From an uncultured Bacteroides sp. (GTDB lineage Bacteria > Bacteroidota > Bacteroidia > Bacteroidales > UBA932), in contig CABRNS010000003.1 of the NCBI GenBank assembly GCA_902472425.1, forward strand, positions 42,131-106,130: a stretch of 64,000 nt of DNA. Reading direction: 5' to 3'. The translations under genes were made by a program, and so were the position numbers. The notes under the pieces were generated by a model. That model was given only the letters and a program-made list of their open reading frames with translations, did no database searches and had not been told where the DNA came from. Positions 39,848-49,956 of the stretch are shown here, piece after piece; the first letter of the stretch is position 1, and each line of letters starts with the position of its first letter.

Positions 39848-41590
39848 ATGAAAAAGATGATTCTTAGTTGGTTCGTCGTAATGGCGGCGATGCTGTCCTG
39901 GCCGTGGACGGCTTCTCTTGATGCCAGAGAGCATAAGTTGTATGTAGTGACCACCGGAGATGTACATGGTGCGTGGTTCAATAGAAACTATATCGACGGT
40001 GCTCCGGACCGGACGAGCCTGATGTCAGTAAAATACTATGTGGATAGTCTCAGAACTGCGGTTGGGCGCGATAACGTGCTTCTTATCGATGCCGGGGATT
40101 GTCTTCAGGGGGATAATGCCACCTATTATTTCAACTATGTTGACACTCTCGGGAAACATCTTTTCCCGCGGATTGTGTCATATATGGGGTATGATGCCAT
40201 TGTAGTGGGGAACCACGATGTGGAGACCGGCCATGCCGTGTATGACAAGGTTACCGCTGAGCTTCGGGACGAGGGGATTCCTTTTTTGGGGGCAAATGCC
40301 GTGAGGACTACCGATGGGGAGCCTTATTTCCCGGTATATAAGATTTTCAGACGCGCCGGTATGAAGGTTGCGGTGCTTGGATTTACCAATGCCAATATGA
40401 AAGCCTGGTTGTCGGAAGACGTGTGGTCGGGGATGGATTTTCACTCCCTCGTGCCTTGCGTGCAGGAGTGGGTGGATAAAGTGATTGCGGAGCACAAGCC
40501 GGACGTGGTGATTGCCGCTGTGCATTCAGGTACTGGCAAAGGTGATGGTAGGGTTCTTGAAAATCAGGGACTTGACCTTCTTTATTCTCTGCGTGGAGTG
40601 GATCTTGTAGTCTCCGCTCACGACCATGCTCCGTATGCTGTGGAGCATAATGGCAGCGCGCTGCTCAACAGTGGTGCGAAAGCCGGGAATGTTGGATATG
40701 CTGAGATTACGGCGGACAAGCGCTTTGGCGGACTGCGCTCCAAACGGACCTGCGCGCGGGTCGTACGTATGGACAAGAGCAAGGTGGACGAGGAAATGGT
40801 GGCACATTTCGACAGCGAGTATCGCATGGTCCGGGAATTCACCAACAAGAGAGTGGGGAGCCTTGCCATGGATATGCGAACCAGAGATGCCTACAAGGGG
40901 ATGTCAGACTATATCAATCTGGTACACACCGTCCAAATTTCGGTGCCTGAAGCGCAGATTTCGTTTGCCGCTCCGCTTACGTTCGATGGTACGGTGAAAT
41001 CCGGGGAACTGGTGTTTAACGATATGTTTACCATATATCCGTATGAGAATCAGATGTTTGTGGTAAAGATGACAGGGCGTGAGATTAAGAACTATCTGGA
41101 GTATTCCTATGATATGTGGATTCAGACTCCGGGAGACCATATTCTCAGAATCAAGCCTTCTGCTGATGCGCGTACCGGCACTTCGCGCTGGTCTTTTGTG
41201 GGGCGAAGCTATAATTTCGATTCGGCTGCCGGTCTTGTCTATACCGTGGATGTGACCAAACCTGCCGGGAAGCGCGTAAATATAAAATCTCTTGTCGGCG
41301 GTGATACTTTTGACCTCGATGCCTGGTATAACGTGGCAATGACCTCATACCGCGCCAATGGTGGCGGAGAACTGATGCCTGAGGGTGCCGGCATCAAGGA
41401 CATTGAGTCTGAAGGCAGGGTAGTGGCCCGTTATCCGGAACTGCGGGATATGATATACAATTATATCCTTAAAGTAGGGGAGTTGAACATGTCCAATACC
41501 GGGGACGAAAAAATCCTCGGAGAATGGCATTTCATTCCCGAGGATATTGTAGGTCCTATGATGGATGCGGATATGAAACTGCTCTTCTAA
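39848..41590 (+). CDS. bifunctional metallophosphatase/5'-nucleotidase (UshA-like), secreted
   Basis: Signal peptide; GDVHG, GNHD, GNHDVETGH calcineurin-like motifs; 580 aa. Confidence 0.8.
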   Translation: MKKMILSWFVVMAAMLSWPWTASLDAREHKLYVVTTGDVHGAWFNRNYIDGAPDRTSLMSVKYYVDSLRTAVGRDNVLLIDAGDCLQGDNATYYFNYVDTLGKHLFPRIVSYMGYDAIVVGNHDVETGHAVYDKVTAELRDEGIPFLGANAVRTTDGEPYFPVYKIFRRAGMKVAVLGFTNANMKAWLSEDVWSGMDFHSLVPCVQEWVDKVIAEHKPDVVIAAVHSGTGKGDGRVLENQGLDLLYSLRGVDLVVSAHDHAPYAVEHNGSALLNSGAKAGNVGYAEITADKRFGGLRSKRTCARVVRMDKSKVDEEMVAHFDSEYRMVREFTNKRVGSLAMDMRTRDAYKGMSDYINLVHTVQISVPEAQISFAAPLTFDGTVKSGELVFNDMFTIYPYENQMFVVKMTGREIKNYLEYSYDMWIQTPGDHILRIKPSADARTGTSRWSFVGRSYNFDSAAGLVYTVDVTKPAGKRVNIKSLVGGDTFDLDAWYNVAMTSYRANGGGELMPEGAGIKDIESEGRVVARYPELRDMIYNYILKVGELNMSNTGDEKILGEWHFIPEDIVGPMMDADMKLLF

Positions 41591-41596
41591 GCGCGT

Positions 41597-42919
41597 TTAT
41601 CGCTTTAGGGAGCGGAGTTTCTGCTGAAGGGAGCCGTCCACCGCCATCTTCATCATTTTCCTGGTCTGCTCAAACTGCTTGAGGAGTTTGTTGACCTCTG
41701 CGATGGATGTGCCGGAACCCTTGGCGATTCTTATTCGGCGGGAACTGTTCAGACACTCCGGGTGCTCTTTCTCGTACATGGTCATGGACTGGATGATGGC
41801 TTCTGTAGATTTGAAAGCGTCATCCGGAATATCGACGTCTTTGAGCGCCTTGTCCATTCCCGGAAGCATCCCCATGATGTCTTTCATGTTGCCCATCTTC
41901 TGAACCTGCTTGAGCTGGTCGTAGAAATCGACCAAAGTGAACTGGTTCTTGGCAATTTTCTTCTTCAGAGCGCGTGCCTGCTGCTCATCGAACTGCTCCT
42001 GAGCCTTTTCTACGAGGGATACCACATCTCCCATTCCGAGGATTCGGTCTGCTACACGGCTCGGGTAGAATACATCGAGAGCTTCCATCTTCTCTCCCGC
42101 ACTGACAAACTTGATAGGCTTGCCGGTAACGGCCTTGATGGATAGTGCCGCACCTCCTCTGGTGTCGCCATCCATCTTACTGAGGACTACTCCGTCGTAG
42201 TCAATCGCGGCATTGAATGCCTTTGCTGACTCTACGGCATCCTGACCGGTCATGGCATCCACCACGAACAGGCTTTCGGTAGGCTTGATGGCGTCATGGA
42301 TGGCTTTGATCTCATCCATAAGCTCCTGATCCACCACCAGACGTCCCGCCGTATCTACGATTACTGCGCTGTAACCTTCGCTGCGTGCTTTTGAAATGGC
42401 GTTTTTCGCTACCTTTACAGGATCTTTTTCTCCCTCTTCGCTATATACTTCTACTCCTATCTGGCTTCCGAGAGTCTTCAACTGGTCTATAGCCGCCGGT
42501 CTGAAAGTGTCGCATGCTGCAAGCAGGACCCGCATGCCCTTTTTGCCCTTGAGATTGAGAGCGAGCTTGCCACTGAAGGTAGTCTTACCGGAACCATTCA
42601 GACCTGCCACGAGAATTACTGCCGGGGAGCCTTTGACATTGATTTCGGAATGCTCCGCTCCCATGAAGTCGGCGAGCTCGTCGTGCACGATCTTCACCAT
42701 CATCTGCTGCGGCTTAACGGCGGTGAGCACATTGGCACCCATTGCCTTGGCCTTGACTTTGTCGCAGAATTCCTTGGCTACTTTGTATGAGACGTCGGCG
42801 TCGAGCAGGGCTCTTCGGATTTCCTTAAGAGTCTCAGCGACGTTGACTTCGGTGATTTTGCCCTCACCTTTGAGTATTTTGAACGACCTTTCGAGTCTGT
42901 CAGATAAGTTTTCGAACAT
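41597..42919 (-). CDS. ffh: signal recognition particle protein Ffh
   Basis: 440 aa; GLNGSGKTT, DTAGR, M-domain rich in Met. Confidence 0.9.
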   Translation of the reverse strand: MFENLSDRLERSFKILKGEGKITEVNVAETLKEIRRALLDADVSYKVAKEFCDKVKAKAMGANVLTAVKPQQMMVKIVHDELADFMGAEHSEINVKGSPAVILVAGLNGSGKTTFSGKLALNLKGKKGMRVLLAACDTFRPAAIDQLKTLGSQIGVEVYSEEGEKDPVKVAKNAISKARSEGYSAVIVDTAGRLVVDQELMDEIKAIHDAIKPTESLFVVDAMTGQDAVESAKAFNAAIDYDGVVLSKMDGDTRGGAALSIKAVTGKPIKFVSAGEKMEALDVFYPSRVADRILGMGDVVSLVEKAQEQFDEQQARALKKKIAKNQFTLVDFYDQLKQVQKMGNMKDIMGMLPGMDKALKDVDIPDDAFKSTEAIIQSMTMYEKEHPECLNSSRRIRIAKGSGTSIAEVNKLLKQFEQTRKMMKMAVDGSLQQKLRSLKR

Positions 42920-42952
42920 ATTCAGAAGATTAATCCTACAAATTTATACAAC

Positions 42953-42986
42953 AATCACCGCAAATGCAAACTGCAAAGCGGTGATT
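42953..42986 (-). terminator. stem-loop (9-bp stem AATCACCGC/GCGGTGATT) downstream of the META-domain gene
   Basis: Inverted repeat with 16-nt loop between the gene end (43006) and the ffh start; weak T-tract on minus strand. Confidence 0.35.
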
Positions 42987-43005
42987 GGGTAGTAAGCGGG
43001 AATTT

Positions 43006-43494
43006 TTACTCTTCGCTGTGTTCGCTGTGTTCGCAGTCGGAGCAGTCATGCTCTCCTTCCTCGGCGGAGCAGTCATGCTCTTCTGCCGGAGCCTTTGTCA
43101 GGGTTACGAGAACTTTGCCGGACTTGTCGCAGAGACTGAGCTTGTCCCCGTCAATGCTGGCTTTGGCAGTATGCTCGAGAGCATCGCTCAGAGCTCTTTC
43201 TATATCTGCGTCCTCAGGGCTTCCTGCCATCATGGTAGAGCCCATGTTAGAGAATGACAGAGAGCCGTTCTTGTAAGAGTATGAGCCCGTCAGAAGGTTG
43301 ATCCCAAGGCATCCGTTTACGCTGCCTTCCTGCTCGTCGAATGAGAGATAAGGAGTGGTTTCGCACTCGGAAACGCCCTTTCCGTCCACATCGTTTACAA
43401 TCCATTTTCCGGAGAGGCTTCCTGACTGGGAAGCGCATGAAACCAGCAATACACTTGCAGCCAATGCTGCTACAACATGATTTAAAACTTTCAT
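43006..43494 (-). CDS. META/HslJ-domain lipoprotein with C-terminal Cys/His/Glu-rich tail
   Basis: Lipoprotein signal ...LLVSCAS; META-domain core; tail EEHDCSAEEGEHDCSDCEHSEHSEE encoded by short tandem DNA repeats. Confidence 0.6.
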   Translation of the reverse strand: MKVLNHVVAALAASVLLVSCASQSGSLSGKWIVNDVDGKGVSECETTPYLSFDEQEGSVNGCLGINLLTGSYSYKNGSLSFSNMGSTMMAGSPEDADIERALSDALEHTAKASIDGDKLSLCDKSGKVLVTLTKAPAEEHDCSAEEGEHDCSDCEHSEHSEE

Positions 43495-43514
43495 AACTAA
43501 CTGTATTTTAATGG

Positions 43515-44372
43515 TTAAAATGTTTCTATTGTAATATAGTCCAGACCATCCTTTCTAAGGATTTCCTTGATTTGCGCTACCGCTTCATGGTTTTGGCTTG
43601 GATCTTTAAGCTGAACCCTTGCCGTGAGAGCCTTCTCCATAATGCTTACGGACCAGACATGGAGGTCATGCACGCTTTCAACCTTATCGCACGAGCAGAT
43701 GTGCTCAATGATAGTGTTGTAATCCATGTTGTCCGGCATGGCATCCACGCTCATTCTGAAGCTCTCTCCCAGCAGATGCACCGTGTTGTGCAGAATGACG
43801 AGCGCTATGATGATGCTGACAATCGGATCCAGCAGATACCATCCGGTAAGGTTGATAATTATTCCGGAGATGACTACTCCCAGTGAAATGAGCGAATCGG
43901 TAGCCATGTGCAGAAAGGCACCTCTGGTATTGATGTCACCCCTCTGGTGCTTCATGAGAAGCAGCGCGCTGATTCCGCTCACAAGGATTCCTACCGCGGC
44001 AGTCCATGATATGGCGGCTCCGCTGACCTCCGGAGGATTTACGAACTTCTGGCAGCTCTCCACGAGTATTATGCTCACGGCCGCAAGCAGCAGGACAGCA
44101 TTGAGAAGGGATATCAGTATGGAGGTCTTCTTGTAGCCGTAGGTGAATCTGCTTGTAGCTTTGCTGGATGCCAATTTGAAGGCAACCAGTGCGATGACAA
44201 GGCTGAAGACGTCGAACAGCTTGTGTCCGGCGTCCGAAAGAAGTCCCATGGAATGATATCCAAGACCTACCGCAGCCTCAAGAATGACGAACCCGAAATT
44301 CAAGGCTATGGCGAGGTAATACACCCAATTCAAAGATTGAATGGGGGAGATATGATTATGGTTGTGAGACAT
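43515..44372 (-). CDS. cation diffusion facilitator (CzcD/ZitB-like) divalent-metal efflux transporter
   Basis: 285 aa; TM2 HSMGLLSDAGHKLFD and TM5 HMATDSLISLG metal-site motifs; C-terminal cytoplasmic domain. Confidence 0.8.
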   Translation of the reverse strand: MSHNHNHISPIQSLNWVYYLAIALNFGFVILEAAVGLGYHSMGLLSDAGHKLFDVFSLVIALVAFKLASSKATSRFTYGYKKTSILISLLNAVLLLAAVSIILVESCQKFVNPPEVSGAAISWTAAVGILVSGISALLLMKHQRGDINTRGAFLHMATDSLISLGVVISGIIINLTGWYLLDPIVSIIIALVILHNTVHLLGESFRMSVDAMPDNMDYNTIIEHICSCDKVESVHDLHVWSVSIMEKALTARVQLKDPSQNHEAVAQIKEILRKDGLDYITIETF

Positions 44373-44374
44373 GA

Positions 44375-45490
44375 TTATCTTTTAATCTGTTTGTTTGAGA
44401 GATTGAGGCTGTAGCTGAACGTGCGCTTGCCGTGGTAATACTGCATGGACAAGGTGTTTGGTCCGGTAAAATAGATGCTGTTCAGCAGTCTGTCCTTGTA
44501 TTTGTCCTTGCACTGCGGCTCCGCCCACGCGAGCACATACTGTCCGTCGGATTTTTGTTTGACAACTATCACGGTATAACCCTGAATATCCATTATGACG
44601 GCTGTGTATCTGGCAGATTCCTGCTTGCCTTTGGCCTTTGCAAACTGCTGGACCAGGGTGCTTTCATCCTCAATGCCAAGGAAATGCAGCCTGCTGGCGT
44701 TCTTCAGGGCTGAAGGGTTTTCTTCAATCCATTTCCGGATGGCGGATGAAGTGTAGTACTCGCTGTCAGGGATTTTCTCAAGCAGAGGGTTATCCTGGAT
44801 TCTTGCTGCCAGGAGCCTAATTTGCGGTGCGGATGTTTCGGCCGAGAAACTGTCAATTCTTCCCCTTATATGGTAAGGCTCGTTTTGCTTTGGAAGAGGG
44901 GTTCCGTTGAAGCATACGGAGCCGTAGAAGAAGCTGTCCGGGCTGAAACAGGCACTTATGTAACTCTGGCTCCCGGAGGACTTGTCGTCCGCGAGAAGGT
45001 TGAAGCTGAAGAAGAACTCGTCTCTTATCCGGAAAGTGCTGCACGAATCCACAAATCCTGAAATCTTCAGTCCCTCATCCATATTCAGCGGCATCGTGAA
45101 CCGGTCAAGCGCTTCCCATGAATTTCCGTTTTTCTCTATCGCGTCCACCACAAGGTCGCTCTCCGGGGATATTCTGACAGCATATATGCGATCTGCTGCA
45201 TTTTTTCTGAACCCGAAAGCCCTTGACTCCCCGTCATTGGGGGCAAAGTCAGCGATTATCTTAGCCGCCTGGTCAAACCCATAGGGTGAGATGCTGAGAA
45301 GGGTGTCCCTTCGTGCCGAGATATCACCTGCATACACTGATGAAGGATATTTCTTCAGGAACTTGTCATAAGCCTTGAGAGAAGGTTTTGCAATAGCCTT
45401 CTCGTAACTTTTGGTTTCGCTTCTGGTCTGAGCCGCCATGCCGCCGCAGAGCAGTGTGACGAACACAGTTACGCATATCAGTCGTTTCAT
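44375..45490 (-). CDS. hypothetical secreted protein
   Basis: 371 aa, signal peptide MKRLICVTVFVTLLCGGMAA; no recognisable catalytic motif; tightly packed between the S9 peptidase and CDF genes (4-nt and 2-nt spacing). Confidence 0.5.
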   Translation of the reverse strand: MKRLICVTVFVTLLCGGMAAQTRSETKSYEKAIAKPSLKAYDKFLKKYPSSVYAGDISARRDTLLSISPYGFDQAAKIIADFAPNDGESRAFGFRKNAADRIYAVRISPESDLVVDAIEKNGNSWEALDRFTMPLNMDEGLKISGFVDSCSTFRIRDEFFFSFNLLADDKSSGSQSYISACFSPDSFFYGSVCFNGTPLPKQNEPYHIRGRIDSFSAETSAPQIRLLAARIQDNPLLEKIPDSEYYTSSAIRKWIEENPSALKNASRLHFLGIEDESTLVQQFAKAKGKQESARYTAVIMDIQGYTVIVVKQKSDGQYVLAWAEPQCKDKYKDRLLNSIYFTGPNTLSMQYYHGKRTFSYSLNLSNKQIKR

Positions 45491-47373
45491 AAATATGTTT
45501 CGAAGTAGTCTGTTATTTTCTCATACAGGTGGAGTTTTGCCGCGCCTGTCATATTATGCTTGTCCAGCGGGTATGGGAAATAATCAAGAGGTTTTCCTGC
45601 TTCTATAGCCGCCTGCACGAAGGACAGCGAATGCTGCCATACCACAGTGTCATCTTCCACTCCCTGGCAAATCAGAACTCTTCCGGTAAGCTTGTCCGCC
45701 TTAGGGATGAGCGAGGTGGATTCGTAACCTTCAGGGTTGGTGTCCGGATTGTCCATATAACGCTCTCCGTACATGACTTCATACCACTTCCAGTCAATTA
45801 CCGGTCCTCCTGCCACTGCCACCTTGAAGAATCCAGGGTTGTCACATGTGAGCGTGAGTGTCATGAAACCTCCATAGCTCCAGCCGTGTACCCCGATCCG
45901 GCTGCGGTCAATGCTTGGGAATCTTTCCAGAAGACTTTTGATGCCTGCCATCTGATCCGCACTTTCAGCCTTGCCGCACCCGCGGTTGATGGCTTTTTCG
46001 AATGCCGCTCCACGGTTCTGTGTACCGCGGTTGTCCTGAACATACACGAAATAACCTTTCTGTGCCATAAGCATTTCCCACATCCTTACATTGCCCAGCC
46101 AGCTGTTGGTGACCATCTGGGAATGCGGGCCTCCATATACGTACACGATGAGCGGGTACTTTTTGGAAGGGTCGTAATCGCGAGGATAGAACAGGCGGTA
46201 GTAATTGTCGGTCTGCGCATCCGCTGACTTCACGGTGCCGAGCTCGACCTGACACTGTGCGTAAATGTCCAGCGGGTCAGGAGATGTGGATACGCGCTGA
46301 AGCAGATTGCCGTTGGAATCACGCACCTGGGTGACGCCAGGGACGTTGAGGCTGCTGTATCTGTCTATGAATCGACTGCAGTCCGGGGACATGCTGATCT
46401 GATGCCAACCTGTCTCAGGAGTCAGTCTTTGGGGCCTGTTGAGGCCGAAACTGTCCTTCAGTTTCAGGCGGAACAGGTGATTCTCGACAGGGGAGACCTC
46501 GGCAGAGGTGTAATAGACATATTTCCCGTCATTGGCCACATACGCTACGTCAGCGTTGCATTTGGTGAGTCTTTTGACCTTTCCGAGAGTGTCGCAGAGG
46601 TAGAGTGAACGGTATCCGTCCCTGTTGTCCGTGCGGTAGATGAATTCGTAGCTGTCTTTTATGAAGTACAGCGGGTCAAGCGGCTCTATCCAGTCATTGT
46701 TGCGTTCGCTCAGAACGGTTCTGACGAACGAGCCGTCAGAACTTCTGTACATATTCAGCCGCATCCGGTGCTGTACTCTGTCAAGCACCTGGACAAATAT
46801 GTATTTGCCGTCCGGCGACCATGTAGGATTGGTGAGATATCTTTCGTTGTCGTAGTCCGTGACTTGCAATTCTGAAAGGATATTGCCGGACTTGTCGCAA
46901 ATGCAGATGCCCAGTTTCTCCGAAGCCATGCCCGCCATAGGATAGCGGATCATCTTTGCCTCCCCGGTTCTGGAGCGGATGTCATAAATGGGGTACAGGC
47001 TTACTCCCGATTCATCCTTGCGGTAAACGGCAAGTCTGCTGCCGTCGGGGGAAGGAATTACCCATCTGCTCCCGCCGAACTCATTTCGGCTTACGGACTG
47101 TCCATACACTACGCCTTCCTTGTCGGAGACAGGAAGCGTGTAGTCTTCGGGCGATGTGCGTCTGACGGATTTTGAGAGTTCTCCGCTTGCATCCCAGTAG
47201 AGTCTGACCCTGGACGGATATACGGAAGAAGATTTTGCTCCTGCGATTTCCTCTACGGTGAGAAGTCTCGCTCTTGGGTTTCCTGCCGGGTGAGTGTCTA
47301 TGACAGACTGTCCGCCGGCAACAAAAGGAATCGCCACAAAAGTGGCGATAAGAGAGTATAGAATTTTATTCAT
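45487..47373 (-). CDS. S9-family serine peptidase (dipeptidyl-peptidase IV-like: beta-propeller plus alpha/beta hydrolase)
   Basis: 628 aa, signal peptide; catalytic GWSYGGFMTL (GxSxGG), C-terminal D and H present. Confidence 0.8.
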   Translation of the reverse strand: MNKILYSLIATFVAIPFVAGGQSVIDTHPAGNPRARLLTVEEIAGAKSSSVYPSRVRLYWDASGELSKSVRRTSPEDYTLPVSDKEGVVYGQSVSRNEFGGSRWVIPSPDGSRLAVYRKDESGVSLYPIYDIRSRTGEAKMIRYPMAGMASEKLGICICDKSGNILSELQVTDYDNERYLTNPTWSPDGKYIFVQVLDRVQHRMRLNMYRSSDGSFVRTVLSERNNDWIEPLDPLYFIKDSYEFIYRTDNRDGYRSLYLCDTLGKVKRLTKCNADVAYVANDGKYVYYTSAEVSPVENHLFRLKLKDSFGLNRPQRLTPETGWHQISMSPDCSRFIDRYSSLNVPGVTQVRDSNGNLLQRVSTSPDPLDIYAQCQVELGTVKSADAQTDNYYRLFYPRDYDPSKKYPLIVYVYGGPHSQMVTNSWLGNVRMWEMLMAQKGYFVYVQDNRGTQNRGAAFEKAINRGCGKAESADQMAGIKSLLERFPSIDRSRIGVHGWSYGGFMTLTLTCDNPGFFKVAVAGGPVIDWKWYEVMYGERYMDNPDTNPEGYESTSLIPKADKLTGRVLICQGVEDDTVVWQHSLSFVQAAIEAGKPLDYFPYPLDKHNMTGAAKLHLYEKITDYFETYL

Positions 47374-47377
47374 ATCA

Positions 47378-47800
47378 TTAATTTGTTATTACAAGAGGAA
47401 TGTCGGATGCCGCCGAGTCAATTTCGCGCACGGAGACAATCTTGTCCACGATGTAATGCTGCATTCCGCGCCACGGCAGCCATCCGTTGTATTCCTTGTA
47501 ATGAAGTTCGACGAATTTGCCGCTGCTTCTCATAAGGGAATCCGCCACGGATTTGTCCGTAACCGAGAAGTTGAATTCATTGGACTGGAGATTCCCACCT
47601 TTCTTGGCACTGTTGAATCCTGTCTGGATAAGGCGTCCCTCATAGGTCTTCCATACCCATCCTTTGTAAACTATCTGATTCAACTCTCCGGCCTTGACTC
47701 CTTCTCCGAATACGAAGTAGAACTTGAAATAGATGAATATTGCAAGTGATACGGCCAATATTGCGCCTATCCAGCTTAGAATTTTCCCTTTCTTTGTCAT
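47378..47800 (-). CDS. small membrane-anchored hypothetical protein
   Basis: 140 aa, N-terminal TM (ILSWIGAILAVSLAIFIYF) then soluble domain; 4 nt upstream of the S9 peptidase. Confidence 0.45.
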   Translation of the reverse strand: MTKKGKILSWIGAILAVSLAIFIYFKFYFVFGEGVKAGELNQIVYKGWVWKTYEGRLIQTGFNSAKKGGNLQSNEFNFSVTDKSVADSLMRSSGKFVELHYKEYNGWLPWRGMQHYIVDKIVSVREIDSAASDIPLVITN

Positions 47801-47859
47801 AACAACAGCATTTTAATCGTACAATGATAGCAATAAAATCTATCTTTATCAAATATCTG

Positions 47860-49152
47860 TTACCTGCGTCTTCCGTGCTTCTTGCGTTTTCCGGAAGTAA
47901 GTCTTGTGGCGACGAGTGCGCAGAGAATCACTACCACTCCGCCTACAAGTACATAGGTCCACATATTTGCGTTGTCACCTTTTACTCGGGACCACATTTT
48001 CATAAGGGCCTCGGTGCGGTCTCCGCTGTCGTGCATCATTCCGCATCTTTTGATTACGGAAGCGTCCGGGTACATCACAGGGTTCAGACATACGCTGTCC
48101 GCCTTGTCCCCGAAGAAATACGACGCGTCAAGCGGAGCGAAAGCATCCGGATCTTCCATCTCTTCAAGAATCTCATCTCCGCCGATAGCACTTACATAGC
48201 CTATCACGTCCATATTGCGGACGGCATTCTCCGGCTTGCAGAGGAAATTGATGAAATAGCTGGCTGCCTTGACGTTCTTGGCATATTTCGGGATGAGCCA
48301 TCCGTCAAACCATACCGTGCTGCCTTCCTTCGGAACGGCATATCTGAGTTCTACCCCTGTCTCCGCGGCTTCATCTATTGCCCACTGGGCGTCTCCGCTC
48401 CATGAAAGATTGATCCATGCGCGCTCTTTGGTCATCTGCTCCTTTCCGAAATCGGCTTCCCAGCCTGCAACACCGTCCTTGAAGGAGTTGAGGTATGCCT
48501 CCACCTGTGCGATGGATTCGTCGGAACTGTCAAGTGCAATGGAGTTGATGCTTTTCTCCCCGGAGGCGATGGCGTCTTTGTTGAGGGCTATGAGCATGGA
48601 GGTATATATATCCCTGAAAGCATCTTTCATGAGAATCTTGCCGGCAAATTTCGGATTTCTCAGCGCTTCCCATGTCGAGGCCTCCTCGTCGGTGACGAAT
48701 TTAGGGTTGTATATCAGACCGGTGGTTCCCCACATGTAAGGGACTGCATAGTCGTTGGCATTCTTGCCGTGGGCCGCCACATTGGACATAAGTTCCTGCA
48801 TGAACGGGGCGACTCCGTCAAGATAGTTGGTCGTGCTGCCGAAATCTTTATTTATCGGAAGAAGGAGGTCCTTCTCAAGCATCCTTTCTATGATGTAGTC
48901 TGAAGGGCAGATGACATCGTAGTCTTCGTGACCGAGCTCGATTTTGGAGAGCATGGTCTCGTTGATGTCGAATGTCTGATATATGACTTTGACAGGTTCT
49001 CCGGTCTCTTGTTCATACCACTGCTCGAACTCGCCGAGAAGTTCTTCATCTATATAGTCGGCCCAGTTATAGACCTTGAGGACATGGCTTCTGTCCTCTG
49101 CACAGGCGCAGAGCATTGCCGCTACTGCGATGATGGATAGAATTTTTTTCAT
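47860..49152 (-). CDS. potD: spermidine/putrescine ABC transporter substrate-binding lipoprotein PotD with extra C-terminal TM anchor
   Basis: Lipoprotein signal MKKILSIIAVAAMLCACA; PotD/PotF fold; C-terminal hydrophobic segment WTYVLVGGVVVILCALVATRL followed by KRKKHGRRR. Confidence 0.8.
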   Translation of the reverse strand: MKKILSIIAVAAMLCACAEDRSHVLKVYNWADYIDEELLGEFEQWYEQETGEPVKVIYQTFDINETMLSKIELGHEDYDVICPSDYIIERMLEKDLLLPINKDFGSTTNYLDGVAPFMQELMSNVAAHGKNANDYAVPYMWGTTGLIYNPKFVTDEEASTWEALRNPKFAGKILMKDAFRDIYTSMLIALNKDAIASGEKSINSIALDSSDESIAQVEAYLNSFKDGVAGWEADFGKEQMTKERAWINLSWSGDAQWAIDEAAETGVELRYAVPKEGSTVWFDGWLIPKYAKNVKAASYFINFLCKPENAVRNMDVIGYVSAIGGDEILEEMEDPDAFAPLDASYFFGDKADSVCLNPVMYPDASVIKRCGMMHDSGDRTEALMKMWSRVKGDNANMWTYVLVGGVVVILCALVATRLTSGKRKKHGRRR

Positions 49153-49956
49153 TTATCTTTCTTGTTTTTTGGCGTTTCTGATTTGTCTTAAATTGATGAT
49201 TATAAGAAGTATCAGAACGGTTAGGAATATGATTGTTATAAGAGGTCTGAATTCCGGTGTCAGACCGCCCTTGCGGGCATCCGTGTAAATGTAAGTGGAC
49301 AATGTGTCCAATCCGATGGTTCCGCGGGTGAAGAACGTCACTGCGAAATCGTCGAGAGACATGGTGAAAGCCAATATGAATCCTGAAATCATGCCCGGAC
49401 GCAGCAGAGGCACCAGTACTTTGCGCATGGCCTGCGCCGGAGTCGCTCCGAGGTCCAGAGCGGCTTCATAGATGTTCGGATTCATGCTGGTCAGCTTCGG
49501 AAGGACGCTGAGCACCACGTATGGCGTGCAGAACGTTATGTGTGCCAGAATCACGGTCACGTAGCCTTGGGATACGTGAAGGAATACAAATAGAAGGAAA
49601 AGGGATACACCGGTGATGATGTCCGGGTTGATCATCGGGATGTTGTTGAGGAATGTCAACGCCTGGCGTTTACGTCCCCTCAGGTTGTGTATGCCTACGG
49701 CTGCGAATGTTCCAAGCAATGTCGAAACGCCGGCAGCTATAACCGCGATGATGAGCGTATTCTCGATTGCCGACATCAGCGTGCCGGTGCCCTGCATGTC
49801 TCCGGTGAACAGGTTGGAGTACAATTTGGTTGAGAATCCCGTCCAGTTGCCAAGTACCTTACTCTCGGTGAAAGAGAATATAGCAATGAAAAATATAGGT
49901 GCGTACAGCAGGAAAAGCAATATCCAGATGTAGCTTTTGGCTAAAAACTTTTTCAT
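49153..49956 (-). CDS. potC: spermidine/putrescine ABC transporter permease PotC
   Basis: 267 aa, 6 TM, EAA-like loop (EAALDLGATPAQAMRKVLVPL). Confidence 0.85.
   Translation of the reverse strand: MKKFLAKSYIWILLFLLYAPIFFIAIFSFTESKVLGNWTGFSTKLYSNLFTGDMQGTGTLMSAIENTLIIAVIAAGVSTLLGTFAAVGIHNLRGRKRQALTFLNNIPMINPDIITGVSLFLLFVFLHVSQGYVTVILAHITFCTPYVVLSVLPKLTSMNPNIYEAALDLGATPAQAMRKVLVPLLRPGMISGFILAFTMSLDDFAVTFFTRGTIGLDTLSTYIYTDARKGGLTPEFRPLITIIFLTVLILLIIINLRQIRNAKKQER

Noticed and set aside
42920-43005. Possible SRP (4.5S) RNA next to ffh
   Set aside because: No AGGUCAGGUCCGGAAGGAAGCAGC-type domain IV motif; the only structure is a simple inverted repeat better explained as a terminator.
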